From positions 448,001 to 512,000 of the forward strand of contig CAVTRY010000007.1 in the NCBI GenBank assembly GCA_963737265.1: a stretch of DNA of 64,000 bases. Reading direction: 5' to 3'. Position numbers and translations under genes: made by a program. The DNA is from an uncultured delta proteobacterium (GTDB taxonomy: Bacteria > Myxococcota_A > Polyangia > Fen-1088). Under the pieces are notes generated by a model. The model was given only the letters and a program-made list of their open reading frames with translations. It was not told where the DNA came from and made no database searches. Positions 9,737 through 19,839 of this stretch are shown piece by piece (position 1 is the stretch's first letter; each line of letters opens with the position of its first letter).

Positions 9737-10546
9737 TCACGGCATGGCCCCCATCCTGGTGACGGCGCGGGCGGCCGCGTCCAGCCCGGGGCGGACCCCG
9801 CCGAGCAGGTACCCCGCCGCGAACGCGTCACCGGCGCCGGTCGCGTCCACGGCCTGCACCTGGTGTGCGGGGTGGGTGACCCCGCCGATCCGGACCCCGC
9901 GCGGTCCCAGCTTGACCACCATCTCGCTACCGGGCACCTCCCCCACCAGGTCCGCCTCTTCCTCCGTGCCGAACACGACCCGCGGCCGCAGCCCGGCCAG
10001 CAGTGCGCGGAAGCGGTCCACGCCATAGTCTCGCAGCGCCGCCGTGGAGGAGAGATCCACACTCGGCCGTGGCAGCCGCCGCGCCGCGGCCAGCGCTGCT
10101 CCCTGGACCGGTTCGCGCAGCAGGCTGTAGCCGGGCAGGTGCAGCCGGGTGCAGCCGTCGAACCAGGCGTCCCGCAGATGGCCGGCGGCCAGTTCGGTGC
10201 CCACGCCCCGGTCGGTCAGCATGGCGCGGGACCGGCCCCGGTCGGAGAGCGCGACGACCACCCCGGTCCGCCCCGGCAGGACCGGCCCGGCGAGCTGCAC
10301 TCCCCGGCTGGCGAGTTCCGCTGCCACCATGCGGCCCGCGGGGTCGGCCGCCCGCGCCGCGATCAGGCGGGCCCGGCCGCCCAGCGCGGTGATCCACGCG
10401 GCCACGTTCGCCGCCTGCCCGCCGGCGCCCACCGAGGTGGCGGCGGGGGTATCGGTCTCCGGCTCGACCGGCCCGGCCAGCGACACGATCACATCGAGGT
10501 GCGCGTCCCCCAAGACGCAGATCATGTGCGTGACCGCGGCATCCAT
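9737..10546 (-). CDS. PfkB family kinase (probable pseudouridine kinase by context)
   Basis: GGQAANVA and DATGAGDAFAAG PfkB signatures; directly upstream of psuG. Confidence 0.85.
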   Translation of the reverse strand: MDAAVTHMICVLGDAHLDVIVSLAGPVEPETDTPAATSVGAGGQAANVAAWITALGGRARLIAARAADPAGRMVAAELASRGVQLAGPVLPGRTGVVVALSDRGRSRAMLTDRGVGTELAAGHLRDAWFDGCTRLHLPGYSLLREPVQGAALAAARRLPRPSVDLSSTAALRDYGVDRFRALLAGLRPRVVFGTEEEADLVGEVPGSEMVVKLGPRGVRIGGVTHPAHQVQAVDATGAGDAFAAGYLLGGVRPGLDAAARAVTRMGAMP

Positions 10547-10740
10547 GCCCCCCTGCGCGAGTTACCTGTACATGCGGGCCGTAGCCCGGCGAGCCGTGAT
10601 GGTCGCCGGTCACGCCCGGGCCGCCGTCCTGTCCGGCACTGGTGCTCCACCAGCGTGCCAGGACCTGATCCGGGTTCGCCGGGCGGCCCTCGCTCCGGCC
10701 GGCGCGGCCGGCCGGAGTGATTGATCTAGGATCGGCGCTG

Positions 10741-11193
10741 ATGCCGAGACTCCTGGTGGTTCACCACACACCCTCCCCAGCAATGCAGGAGATGCTGGAG
10801 GCAGTGGCCCGCGGGGCGCGCACCGACGAGATCGAGGGCGTTGAGGTGGTCCTCCGGCCGGCCCTGACCGCGGCGGCCGCCGACGTCCTGGCGGCCGACG
10901 GTTACCTGCTCGGCACTCCGGCCAACATCGGCTACATGTCCGGGGCACTCAAGCACTTCTTCGACTGCATCTACTACCCGTGCCTGGAGGCCACCCAGCG
11001 GCGGCCCTACGGCCTGTATGTGCATGGCGCCTCAGATACCACCGGCGCGGTGCGCGCGGTCCAGGCGATCACCACCGGGCTGCGCTGGCGTGCGGTCCGG
11101 CCACCGGTATGCGTCACCGGGACCCCGGGCAAGGAAGACGTGAACGCCTGCTGGGAGCTGGGTGCGCTGCTGGCAGCCGAGGTGGCCGGGTGA
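10741..11193 (+). CDS. Flavodoxin family protein
   Basis: LLVVHHTPS..ADGYLLGTPANIGYMSGALKHFFD. Confidence 0.85.
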   Translation: MPRLLVVHHTPSPAMQEMLEAVARGARTDEIEGVEVVLRPALTAAAADVLAADGYLLGTPANIGYMSGALKHFFDCIYYPCLEATQRRPYGLYVHGASDTTGAVRAVQAITTGLRWRAVRPPVCVTGTPGKEDVNACWELGALLAAEVAG

Positions 11194-11215
11194 CCGGGCT
11201 CAGCCGAATGGGTAG

Positions 11216-12793
11216 TTAGGGCGGGCTGCCGGAGTTGGGGTTCGAGGCAGGCAGGCCGGAGCAGATGCTGGACCCGGCGTTCCGGTTTTGCACGAACGTG
11301 GGACTGCCGTAGCCGCCACCGCCGCTGGCGGAACTTCCGGCGCGCCTGGCCGCGCCGTGCTTGCCAGGGCCGGGCTTGCCGGTCCGCGGCGCGGGCGGCG
11401 GTTTCACGCCGGCGAAGTCGGACCCGAGGACCAGGGTGACCGGGCCGGCCGTGCCGGTCCGCGGGGCCGGCCCGGTGAGCAGGTCCTGCGCCGCGGGGCT
11501 GGCCTTGAGCGACGTCAGCAGGGAGTAGGCGCTGTCGGCCTGCGCGGTGCCCGAGTAGGTCACGGTCGTGGTGCTGGTCGGTACCGCGTTGCCCACGCCG
11601 GTCACGTCGTAGCCCAGCTTGCGCAGCCCGGCCGCGGTCCGCCCGGCGAGCCCGCCGGCCCCGGTACCGTTGAGCACCTTCACCTGCACCTTCCCGGCCG
11701 GCAGCGTGGGCAGGGCATGGTGCCATTGCTGGCCGTCCACGAGCATCTGGAAGATCACATCGGCCTGTGGCTGCTCGGGCAGCAGCCTGCCCGGCTCGGC
11801 CGGGTCCGGCACCGTCGGCATCGTGACCAGCGTGACGTGCCTGGCGCTCAGGTGAACGAGGCTCTTGGCCAGTCCCAGCAGCTTGCTGACCGAGTCGAGG
11901 CTCTGGTCCACGGTCAGTGCCTTGGTGGCGGTATCGGCGATCTTCAGTAGCTGCAGCGAGTTGCTCAGGACGCCCTGGCTGTTCACCTTCTGGATGACCG
12001 AGGAGATGAACGCCTGCTGCAGTTCGATCCGCGGCAGGTCACCGCCGGCGTCCCCCTCGGCCGAGACACCGTGCCTGGTGCGCACGTAGGCCAGCGCCTG
12101 GTTGTAGGTGAGCAGGTGCTTGCCGCCCGACAGGTGAAGCCCCGACCATCGGTCCCGGTAGCCGCTGGATGGCACGCAGACCTCGACCCCGCCAAGCGCG
12201 TCCACCATCGCGCGGAAGGAGTTGAAGTCGAACATCACGAAGTGATCGAGCTTGACGCCGGTGAGGTCACGCACCGTCTTGACCGCACACGACGGGCCGC
12301 CGATGTTCATGGCGCCGTCGATGATCGCGGCCTGGTACGGCCCCCAGATGCCCACGCCGATACCCGGCCTGGCCTTGCAGCCAGGTTCGTACACGATGGT
12401 GTCCCGCGGGATGGACACGATCAGGGCGTGCGTGTGCGTCGGGTCGAGATGGACAAGCACCAGGTTGTCGGAGTTGCTGGTGTTCAGGCTCGGGTTGCTG
12501 CCGAACCCCTTGCCCTGGCCCTTCCTGGTCTGCGACCCGAGCAGCAGGATGTTCTGCGTGCCGTAGACGGACCGGTGGGTCAGCCCGCTGACGCTGACGA
12601 CCTTGATGTTGCCGGTCAGGTGCCGGTAGACGACGTAGGCGCCGAGGCTGGCCACGACCACGATCACGGTCAGGAAGGCGCCGCAGCCGTAGGCGGCCTT
12701 CCGCGCGGCGCTGAGGTGCCGCCAGCGGCCGCCGTGCGGCTGGTCACCCGGATGGCCGTGCCGGCGGCGGCGGCCGGCCGACTGGTCACGCAT
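11216..12793 (-). CDS. LCP (LytR-CpsA-Psr) family protein with LytR_C domain
   Basis: TM helix, NILLLGS, SD..SIPRD, ALAYVRTRH, RIELQQ, C-terminal VKVLNGTG..LVLGSDF. Confidence 0.9.
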   Translation of the reverse strand: MRDQSAGRRRRHGHPGDQPHGGRWRHLSAARKAAYGCGAFLTVIVVVASLGAYVVYRHLTGNIKVVSVSGLTHRSVYGTQNILLLGSQTRKGQGKGFGSNPSLNTSNSDNLVLVHLDPTHTHALIVSIPRDTIVYEPGCKARPGIGVGIWGPYQAAIIDGAMNIGGPSCAVKTVRDLTGVKLDHFVMFDFNSFRAMVDALGGVEVCVPSSGYRDRWSGLHLSGGKHLLTYNQALAYVRTRHGVSAEGDAGGDLPRIELQQAFISSVIQKVNSQGVLSNSLQLLKIADTATKALTVDQSLDSVSKLLGLAKSLVHLSARHVTLVTMPTVPDPAEPGRLLPEQPQADVIFQMLVDGQQWHHALPTLPAGKVQVKVLNGTGAGGLAGRTAAGLRKLGYDVTGVGNAVPTSTTTVTYSGTAQADSAYSLLTSLKASPAAQDLLTGPAPRTGTAGPVTLVLGSDFAGVKPPPAPRTGKPGPGKHGAARRAGSSASGGGGYGSPTFVQNRNAGSSICSGLPASNPNSGSPP

Positions 12794-13095
12794 CTGCGCT
12801 CCCGTCAGGCCCGCCGCTTGTACTGGTCCGATGAGTCCTGGCGGGCATAGGACGGGCCTGGGCCACGGCACGGACACGGCCGGCAGCTTCGGCTTGCGCA
12901 GACGCTATCCGCAGCCGGGGTAACCGCTTCATGAACTTTGCCTGAGCAATGCCCACGGCAGACCGGCGCATCATTCCATGGTCATCATCGGGCGCCGCGG
13001 GCTGCGAAAATGCCAGGTCACGCCTGGAAGCGGGAACATGCCCGGGGCCGGCCTCCCGCGCCCGGCCGCCCTCGGACCGGGCCGGCACGGCCACG

Positions 13096-13121
13096 GGAAT
13101 GCCCACGGCCCTGGCACGGTT
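13096..13121 (+). promoter_or_regulatory. SigR/SigH-type promoter upstream of thioredoxin
   Basis: Exact GGAAT-N18-GTT about 50 bp before the trxA start. Confidence 0.7.
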
Positions 13122-13123
13122 CC

Positions 13124-13139
13124 ATACCCCGTACGGTAT
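13124..13139. promoter_or_regulatory. CsoR/RicR-like operator candidate
   Basis: ATACC-CCGTAC-GGTAT dyad immediately after the -10 element. Confidence 0.5.
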
Positions 13140-13171
13140 TGACTTCAGACCCGCTACCCCAGGGAGGAACC

Positions 13172-13543
13172 ATGGCGACGGTCGAAGTGACCGCCGAGAA
13201 CTTCGAGGCCGTGATCGGTGGCGCCGATCTGGCCCTGGTGGACTTCTGGGCGTCATGGTGCGGTCCCTGCCGGATGTTCGGCCCGGTCTTCGAGCGTGTG
13301 TCGGAGGAGCATCAGGACGCGGTGTTCGGCAAGGTCGACACCGAGGCCCAGCAGGCGCTCGCCGCGTCGTTCGGAATCACATCGATTCCGACTCTGATGA
13401 TCATTCGCGACAAGGTGATCCTCTACGCCCAGCCCGGCGCGATCTCGGAGTCTGCGCTGGAAGACCTGATCGCCAAGGCGCGTGAGGTGGACATGGACGA
13501 GGTCCGCGCCAGCATCGCCGGGCAGCAGGCCACCACCGCCTGA
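13172..13543 (+). CDS. trxA: Thioredoxin
   Basis: VDFWASWCGPC; GGGAGG RBS. Confidence 0.95.
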   Translation: MATVEVTAENFEAVIGGADLALVDFWASWCGPCRMFGPVFERVSEEHQDAVFGKVDTEAQQALAASFGITSIPTLMIIRDKVILYAQPGAISESALEDLIAKAREVDMDEVRASIAGQQATTA

Positions 13544-13605
13544 GCCGGCACCTGGCCCGGCACGCCGGTGCCAGCAACCTGACGCTGTTCTCCTCCGCGG
13601 CCGCC

Positions 13606-14811
13606 TCATTCCTGCTCCAGGCGGGTGGCGGGCCAGTCGAGCATGCGGGCACCGATCACCGCGACCTGGAGCGCGAGTGCGTCCGCGGGCCGGGACGGAT
13701 CCCGCCCGGTCAGCTCCCTGACCCGGGCCAGCCGGTAGGTGACGGTCCGCACCGACAGGTGCAGGTCCCGCGCCGCCGCGGCCGCGACACCGCCCCTGGC
13801 GTAGTAGGCATCCAGCGTGGCCAGCAACGGCGCGGCGCCCCCCCGGGCCCGCGCCAGCGGCGTGAGCAGAGTCTGCACCAGGTCGGTGATGGCCGCACGA
13901 TCCCGCAGTAGCACCTGGTAGATGAGCAGGTCCGCGGCCTTGACGACCTCGTCGGCCAGGCCCAGCCGCTGGGCCGCGTCCAAGGCGTCCGCTGCCTCGT
14001 CATAGGAGCGCACCACGCCGCTCGGCCCCGGGTAGGGGCGCCCGAGGGCGACCCGCCGGGGCGGTGGCCCGGCCCGGCCGGGCTCGCGGGCATCGCCGCG
14101 CTGGCCAGCCGCCTGGCGGGCCAGCGCCCCGGCCAGGGCACGAGCCACCCCGGCCGCCTCGTCGTCGCCGGCCGAGCCCACGATCACGACCAGCCGGCCG
14201 CGGCGGCTCAGCACCAGCGACGAGGACGGTGCCGCGGCCTCCGCGACCACGCTGTCGATATGAATGCCAGTCAGGTTGACACCGCCAGCGCCGGCCGAGC
14301 CCACCACCATCACCTGATGCGGTCCAGCCAGGCGCAATCCCAGCCGCTCTCCCCTGGCCAGCAGGTCTGCCACGCCGCCCCGGCCGGACAGCAGGTCCTC
14401 GAAGAACTCCCGGCGCTCCGCCTCCTCGCGGCGGGCCACCGACAGGTAGGCGCGCTCGAACCCGCCCGCGGCGGCGGCCACCGCGTCGTCCGCGGCATGC
14501 AGCACGGCCAGCACGGCGCCCTGCAGCACCGTGGGTGAGTAGCTGCCGGCGGGCAGTTCGCGCCACAGCCGCCAGGTCGCCGACAGGTAGAGGTCGACCA
14601 GGCCGCCCAGCGCGACCCCGCCCTCCGCCGCCTGCTCACCGGACCGGGCGTAGCCGGCCAGTTCCGTGGCGGACAGGCGGCGCCCGCTGCCAAACGCGTC
14701 CAGAACCGCGGGCAGGTAGCCGCCGAGGAGCCCGGGTGGCACCCCGCCAGCCTCCCGGCTCGCGGCACGGGTGATCGCAGCCAGGTCCGGCCCGTTGCCA
14801 CGCGCAGTCAC
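13606..14811 (-). CDS. PucR/CdaR family transcriptional regulator
   Basis: RREFFEDLL, GVVRSYDEA, LLATLDAY..AARDLHLSVRTVTYRLARV; start uncertain. Confidence 0.88.
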   Translation of the reverse strand: MTARGNGPDLAAITRAASREAGGVPPGLLGGYLPAVLDAFGSGRRLSATELAGYARSGEQAAEGGVALGGLVDLYLSATWRLWRELPAGSYSPTVLQGAVLAVLHAADDAVAAAAGGFERAYLSVARREEAERREFFEDLLSGRGGVADLLARGERLGLRLAGPHQVMVVGSAGAGGVNLTGIHIDSVVAEAAAPSSSLVLSRRGRLVVIVGSAGDDEAAGVARALAGALARQAAGQRGDAREPGRAGPPPRRVALGRPYPGPSGVVRSYDEAADALDAAQRLGLADEVVKAADLLIYQVLLRDRAAITDLVQTLLTPLARARGGAAPLLATLDAYYARGGVAAAAARDLHLSVRTVTYRLARVRELTGRDPSRPADALALQVAVIGARMLDWPATRLEQE

Positions 14812-14889
14812 TCCAGGCACCGCCTCTCGGCCAGGTACGCCCGCACCAAGGCCTGGCAAGGGCGCCCGGTCTGCATTCTCGTAGGTTTC

Positions 14890-14914
14890 TATCTTGCCGG
14901 GAATAGGCAAGATA
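14890..14914. promoter_or_regulatory. Perfect 9-bp-arm inverted repeat, PucR operator candidate
   Basis: TATCTTGCC-GGGAATA-GGCAAGATA. Confidence 0.6.
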
Positions 14915-15022
14915 CCGGGGTAATTCTTAGCCGGTGAGTCCCCAAGACCTGGTGCGGTCGGCAAGCAATAGTTAAAGCATCAGCTCGGAACGGCCGGGCC
15001 CGGCAGGCGGCGGGAGGTCACC

Positions 15023-15211
15023 ATGACGGTCATCAGTCAGGGAACCCCCGGCGCCGTGTCCGCGCCGCTACGGTCGCCAGCCGGATTGGGCAGTCAACCG
15101 GGGCACTGCTCATCCCGGCCGGCCTGGCCGCGCCCGGGCCCGGGCGCCTTGATGGTGCCCGGGCCGGGCTGGCAGACCACGCCGCCCGCGAAGGGCACCC
15201 CGAACCGATAG
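15023..15211 (+). CDS. Small hypothetical ORF (62 aa) upstream of terC
   Basis: GGGAGG RBS 5 nt before ATG; no recognisable domain. Confidence 0.35.
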   Translation: MTVISQGTPGAVSAPLRSPAGLGSQPGHCSSRPAWPRPGPGALMVPGPGWQTTPPAKGTPNR

Positions 15212-15268
15212 ACAACGACAGGCAGGAGCGGGCCGGGACGATAATCCAGTGAGGGCCATCGGGTAGCC

Positions 15269-16327
15269 ATGGCAACTCTTCACGTCCCTGCCTGGGGCTG
15301 GGTGGCGCTTATCGCCGCCCTTGCCGTGTTGCTCGGCGCGGACCTGCTGGCGAGTTCCCGCCGGGACCATCCGGTCAGCATGCCAGAAGCGGCCGGGTGG
15401 ACGCTGGCCACCGTGGTGCTGGCGGTTTGCTTCGGCGCCATGCTGGCCATCACCTCGGGGAGCACACCCTCGGGGCAGTTCTTCGCCGGCTGGCTGACCG
15501 AGTACAGCCTCTCCATGGACAACCTGCTGGTCTTCGTCATCCTGATCAGCCGGTCCCAGGTGCCAGGCCGGCTCCATGGCCGCGTGGTGCTCGCTGGCAT
15601 CGGTGTCGCCGTGGTGCTGCGGGGCACCGTGATCGGGCTCGGCGCGGCGGCACTGCACCGGTTCGGGTGGCTGGAATATCTGTTCGGCCTTTTTCTCCTC
15701 TATACGGCGGCCCAGGTGGCGCGGCACCCTAACAGGGCGTCGCTGCCCACCGGAACCAGCGCGGGTCACGTCGCCGGTGCGTTCCCGCGGCCCGCCCGGT
15801 CCACCGCGGACGAGGCCGGGGCACCGGGCGCCATGGTGGCGGACGCGCCCACCGGGGCGGCGGGCCGCATCGCGGCACGGCTGACCCGGCGCGGTACCGC
15901 CGGGGTGCTGACGCTGGTGATCGCGCTCGGGGTGGCCGACGTCCTCTTTGCGCTCGACTCCATCCCGGCCGTGTTCGGGCTGACCCGGGATCCGTTCCTG
16001 GTGTTCAGCGCCAACGTGTTCGCCCTGCTCGGCCTGCGCCACCTGTACTTCCTGGTGGCCGGGCTGCTCGCACGGCTGGTCTACCTGCAGGCGGGCCTGT
16101 GCGTGGTGCTCGCCTTCATCGGCGTCAAGCTCCTCGGTGAGGCACTGCACGGCTCCGGCGTGACCAGCCTCGGGCCGGTCCCGGTGCCGCGGGTCGGCGC
16201 CTGGCTATCGCTGGCGATCATCGTGCTGGTGCTCGGCGTCACCGCGCTGGCCAGCCTGCTGGCCCCGCCGTGGCAGGCCAGGCGGCGCAAGCGGGCCGAC
16301 CGCGCGGTCTGCGGCGAGCAGCGCTGA
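15269..16327 (+). CDS. TerC/Alx family membrane protein
   Basis: FFAGWLTEYSLSMDNLLVF, DVLFALDSIPAVFG, NVFALLGLRHLYF. Confidence 0.92.
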   Translation: MATLHVPAWGWVALIAALAVLLGADLLASSRRDHPVSMPEAAGWTLATVVLAVCFGAMLAITSGSTPSGQFFAGWLTEYSLSMDNLLVFVILISRSQVPGRLHGRVVLAGIGVAVVLRGTVIGLGAAALHRFGWLEYLFGLFLLYTAAQVARHPNRASLPTGTSAGHVAGAFPRPARSTADEAGAPGAMVADAPTGAAGRIAARLTRRGTAGVLTLVIALGVADVLFALDSIPAVFGLTRDPFLVFSANVFALLGLRHLYFLVAGLLARLVYLQAGLCVVLAFIGVKLLGEALHGSGVTSLGPVPVPRVGAWLSLAIIVLVLGVTALASLLAPPWQARRRKRADRAVCGEQR

Positions 16328-16391
16328 CCTGCCGCGAGCTTCCGGCCATGATTCACGACAGCTGGACAGTATCGCGCCCGGACGGCCGGGC

Positions 16392-18092
16392 TCAGGCCGC
16401 GAGGGCGCCGCGCAGGTGCGCCACGACGTCGCCGATCGCGACCTTGACCGTCTCACCGGTGGCGCGCGTGGTGACCTCGACGGTGCCGTCGGCCAGGCCG
16501 CGCTTGCCCACGGTCACCCGGTACGGTATCCCGGTGATCTCCGCGTCGCGGAACTTCACCCCGGCCCGTTCGGCCCGGTCGTCGAGGATGACCTCGATGC
16601 CCGCCGCGGTGAGCTGCTCATACACCGACTCCCCCGTCTTCGCGGACTCGGGGTCCTCGGCCTGGGCCACGGTCACGACAACGCTGAACGGTGCCACGGC
16701 GACCGGCCAGACGATGCCGCGCTCGTCGTGGTGGCCCTCGACGATGGCGGCCATCGCCCGCTCCACGCCGATGCCGTAGCAGCCCATGATGGGGTGCACC
16801 CGCTCGCCAGCGGCGTCGAGCACGGTAATCCCGAACGCCTTGGTGAACTTGTAGCCGAGCTTGAAGATGTGCCCGACCTCGATGGTCGGCACGAGTTCCA
16901 GCGGCTCGCCACAGCGGACACATGGCTCGCCGGTGGCCACCTCCCGCAGGTCGGCCCAGGTGCCGACGCTGACATCGCGGGCGATGTCCACCCCGCGCAG
17001 GTGGAAGTCGTCGGTGTTGGCCCCGGTGACCATGTCCCTGCGGCCGCGCAGCGCCTCGTCGGCGAGCACCGGGAGGTTCGTCACGCCGACCGCGCCGAGG
17101 CTGCCGGGCAGCGCGCCGAGCGCCTCGGAGATCTCGTCCGGGTGGGCGGGGCGGATCTCCACGGCGGCGGTCGCGTCCGCCAGTTTCTGCTCGTTGAGCG
17201 CGTGGTCACCGCGCATCAGCACCAGCGTGAGCTTGCCGTCGAGCACGTAGACCAGGGTCTTGATCTGCCGGTTCGCAGGCGCGTCGTAACCGGTCACGAG
17301 GTCCTCGATGGTGCGCACGCCAGGGGTGCCGAACCGCTCTGGCGCGGGCAGCCCCGGGCCGTCTTCCACGGGAATCAGCCGGGACGTGGCCTTCTCCACG
17401 TTCGCCGCGTAGTTGCAGGCCGGGCAGTGCGCGATCGTGTCCTCGCCGACCTCGGAGGGAGACATGAACTCGGTCGAATCCTTGCCGCCCATGGCGCCGC
17501 TCGACGCCTCCACGGGGATCACCGGGAGGGAAAGCCGCGCGAAGATGCTCAGGTAGGCGGCGCGATGCCGGTCGAAGGAGAGATCAAGCCCGGCGGGCTC
17601 CAGGTCGAAGCTGTAGGAGTCCTTCATGGTGAACTCCCGCACCCGGAGCAGCCCGGCCCGGGGCCGCGCCTCGTCCCGGAACTTGGTCTGGAACTGGTAC
17701 CAGGCCTGCGGCAGCTGCTTGTGCGAGTTCAGCTCCTGGGCGAGCAGGGTGAAAATCTCCTCGTTCGTCACCGCCAGCACGTTCTGGCCGCCCTTGTGGT
17801 CGGTGAGCGCGAACATCACGTCGGCCATCGTCTCGGTGCGGCCGCTGCGCTCCCAGACTTCCTTCGGGTGCATGGTGGGCACCAGGAGTTCCTGGGCGCC
17901 GATCCGGTTCATCTCCTGCCGGATGATCTCGATGACCTTGGTCCGCACCCGGACGGCGAGCGGCAGCAGTGAGTAGTGGCCCGCATGGAGCTGCCGGATG
18001 TACCCCGCGCGGACCAGCAGCCGGTGGCTCGGCGTCCCGGCGTCCGCCGGGTCGTCCCGCAGGGTCGGGATGTGCATCTGTGACCAGCGCAT
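16392..18092 (-). CDS. proS: Proline--tRNA ligase with INS editing domain
   Basis: KFRDEARPRAGLLRVREF, IEVGHIFKLG, MGCYGIGVER, anticodon domain DDRAERAGVKFRDA. Confidence 0.95.
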   Translation of the reverse strand: MRWSQMHIPTLRDDPADAGTPSHRLLVRAGYIRQLHAGHYSLLPLAVRVRTKVIEIIRQEMNRIGAQELLVPTMHPKEVWERSGRTETMADVMFALTDHKGGQNVLAVTNEEIFTLLAQELNSHKQLPQAWYQFQTKFRDEARPRAGLLRVREFTMKDSYSFDLEPAGLDLSFDRHRAAYLSIFARLSLPVIPVEASSGAMGGKDSTEFMSPSEVGEDTIAHCPACNYAANVEKATSRLIPVEDGPGLPAPERFGTPGVRTIEDLVTGYDAPANRQIKTLVYVLDGKLTLVLMRGDHALNEQKLADATAAVEIRPAHPDEISEALGALPGSLGAVGVTNLPVLADEALRGRRDMVTGANTDDFHLRGVDIARDVSVGTWADLREVATGEPCVRCGEPLELVPTIEVGHIFKLGYKFTKAFGITVLDAAGERVHPIMGCYGIGVERAMAAIVEGHHDERGIVWPVAVAPFSVVVTVAQAEDPESAKTGESVYEQLTAAGIEVILDDRAERAGVKFRDAEITGIPYRVTVGKRGLADGTVEVTTRATGETVKVAIGDVVAHLRGALAA

Positions 18093-18163
18093 GATGCGGG
18101 CTTCCTCGTCGTGAGGTCTGGACTCCCCCGCCGCAGGTGACCCGGCGGGGACGGAAACCGAGC

Positions 18164-19704
18164 TTAGTGGCCCTGCGCCGGGGCCTCGACACGGTTTCCC
18201 GGTTCGAGCGGCGGCGCGCCGATCGGGAGGCAGGTCAGGCACTCCGGCTGGGCCACCGGGTGCTCCGGCTCGGGGCGCAGCACGTCGTTGTCGATCGTCA
18301 GCGCGGACAGCACCGCGCCCACCGCAAGCAGGCCCGCGCAGATGACCATGGCCATCCGGAACGCGGGGGTCATCAGGGCCGGAACCCGGTAGGCCGCGCC
18401 GGTCAGGCCCACGGCCAGCGGGAGCCCGGCCACGGCAAGCAGGCCCGCGGCCCGGGCCACCGCGTTGTTGACTCCGCTGGCCACTCCGGCATGGCGCACG
18501 TCGGCGCTGGCCAGCACGGTGGCCGTCAGCGGGGCAACGGTCGCGGACAGGCCGAGCCCGAACAACACGACGGTGGGGAACACATCCGTGAGGTAATTAG
18601 CGTTACGTCCAATTCTGACCGCCAGGAGCAGGCCCGCAGCGCACAGCAGACAGCCACCGGTCATCAGCCAGCGCGGGCCGATGCGCTGCGCCAGCGCGCC
18701 CGCCCGGGACGACAGCACCAGCATGAGCAATGTCAGCGGGAGCAGCGAGACGCCCGCGGCCAGCGGCGAGTAGCCGGAGACCACCTGGAGCTGCAGCACC
18801 AGCAGGAAGATGGTGCCGCCGAGGGCGCCGTAGATCACGAAGGTCACCACGTTGACCGCGGTGAACTGGCGCGAGGCGAACACCTCCAGCGGGAGCATCG
18901 GGCGCTACGCCATTCCCGGCACGGCCGCGATGCCGTTCCAGCAGCACGAAGCCGAGGCCAGCGAGAATCCCTGCGCCCGCCGGTCAGCGCCGCCCGGGCC
19001 AGGCCGTGCGCGGGTGCCTCGATGAGCGCGTCGGTGATCCCGGCCAGGGCGAGCGCGGCGAGTATCGCGCCGGCCCAGTCGAACCGGCCGTGGCTGGTGG
19101 GGTCCCTGGTCTCCGGCACATGGCGCACCGCGACGGCCATTACCACGGCGGCCAGCGGCAGGTTGAGCAGGAAGATCCACCGCCAGCCGACCGAGCCGAT
19201 GATCCAGCCGCCGAGGAACGGGCCGACCGCGCCGGCCACGCCGCCCAGGCCGGACCAGGCGCCGATGGCCTTGGGCCGGTCGTTGGGCGCGAACGAGGCC
19301 TGGATGATCGCCAGCGATCCGGGGGCGAGCAGCGCGCCGCCCATGCCCTGCAGCGCCCGCGCGCCGATGAGCACGCCGATGCCGGGGGCCAGGCCGCACA
19401 GCGCCGAGGCCAGGGCGAACCAGACCACTCCGATCACGAAGATCCGGCGGCGGCCGAGCCGGTCGCCGAGCGCGCCGCCGAGCAGGATCAGCCCGGCCAG
19501 GGTGAGCGTGTAGGCGGTGACCGTCCACTGCAGCCCGGCCAGCGAGGTGTGCAGGCTCTTGCCGATGGTGGGCAGCGCCACGTTGACAACGGTGCCGTCG
19601 AGCATCGCCATACTCGACCCGAGCACGGTGGCCGCGAGCACCCACCGCCCCCGCGTGCTGGCCAGGCGGATGGCACCCGGCCCTGGGGATACCGCTGCGA
19701 CCAC
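18164..19704 (-). CDS. MFS drug-efflux transporter, DHA2-like (frameshifted near 18900-18990)
   Basis: LDGTVVNVALP, GALGDRLGRRR, WRWIFLLNLP, GVASGVNNAVAR. Confidence 0.88.
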
Positions 19705-19839
19705 GCCCCCGATCCTCTCACCGCGACTGGGGGTTGCCCAGCCCGCGCACGGGGGCGGGCCCAGGGCCGCCGGCATCTCTTGTACCGTGCCATTGCAGGC
19801 ACCGGCGGCCGGGCACGGTGCCCCGGTGGAGGGAAGCGC

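Noticed and set aside
18093-18163. T-box leader for proS
   Set aside because: Only ~70 bp are available and no T-box motif is visible
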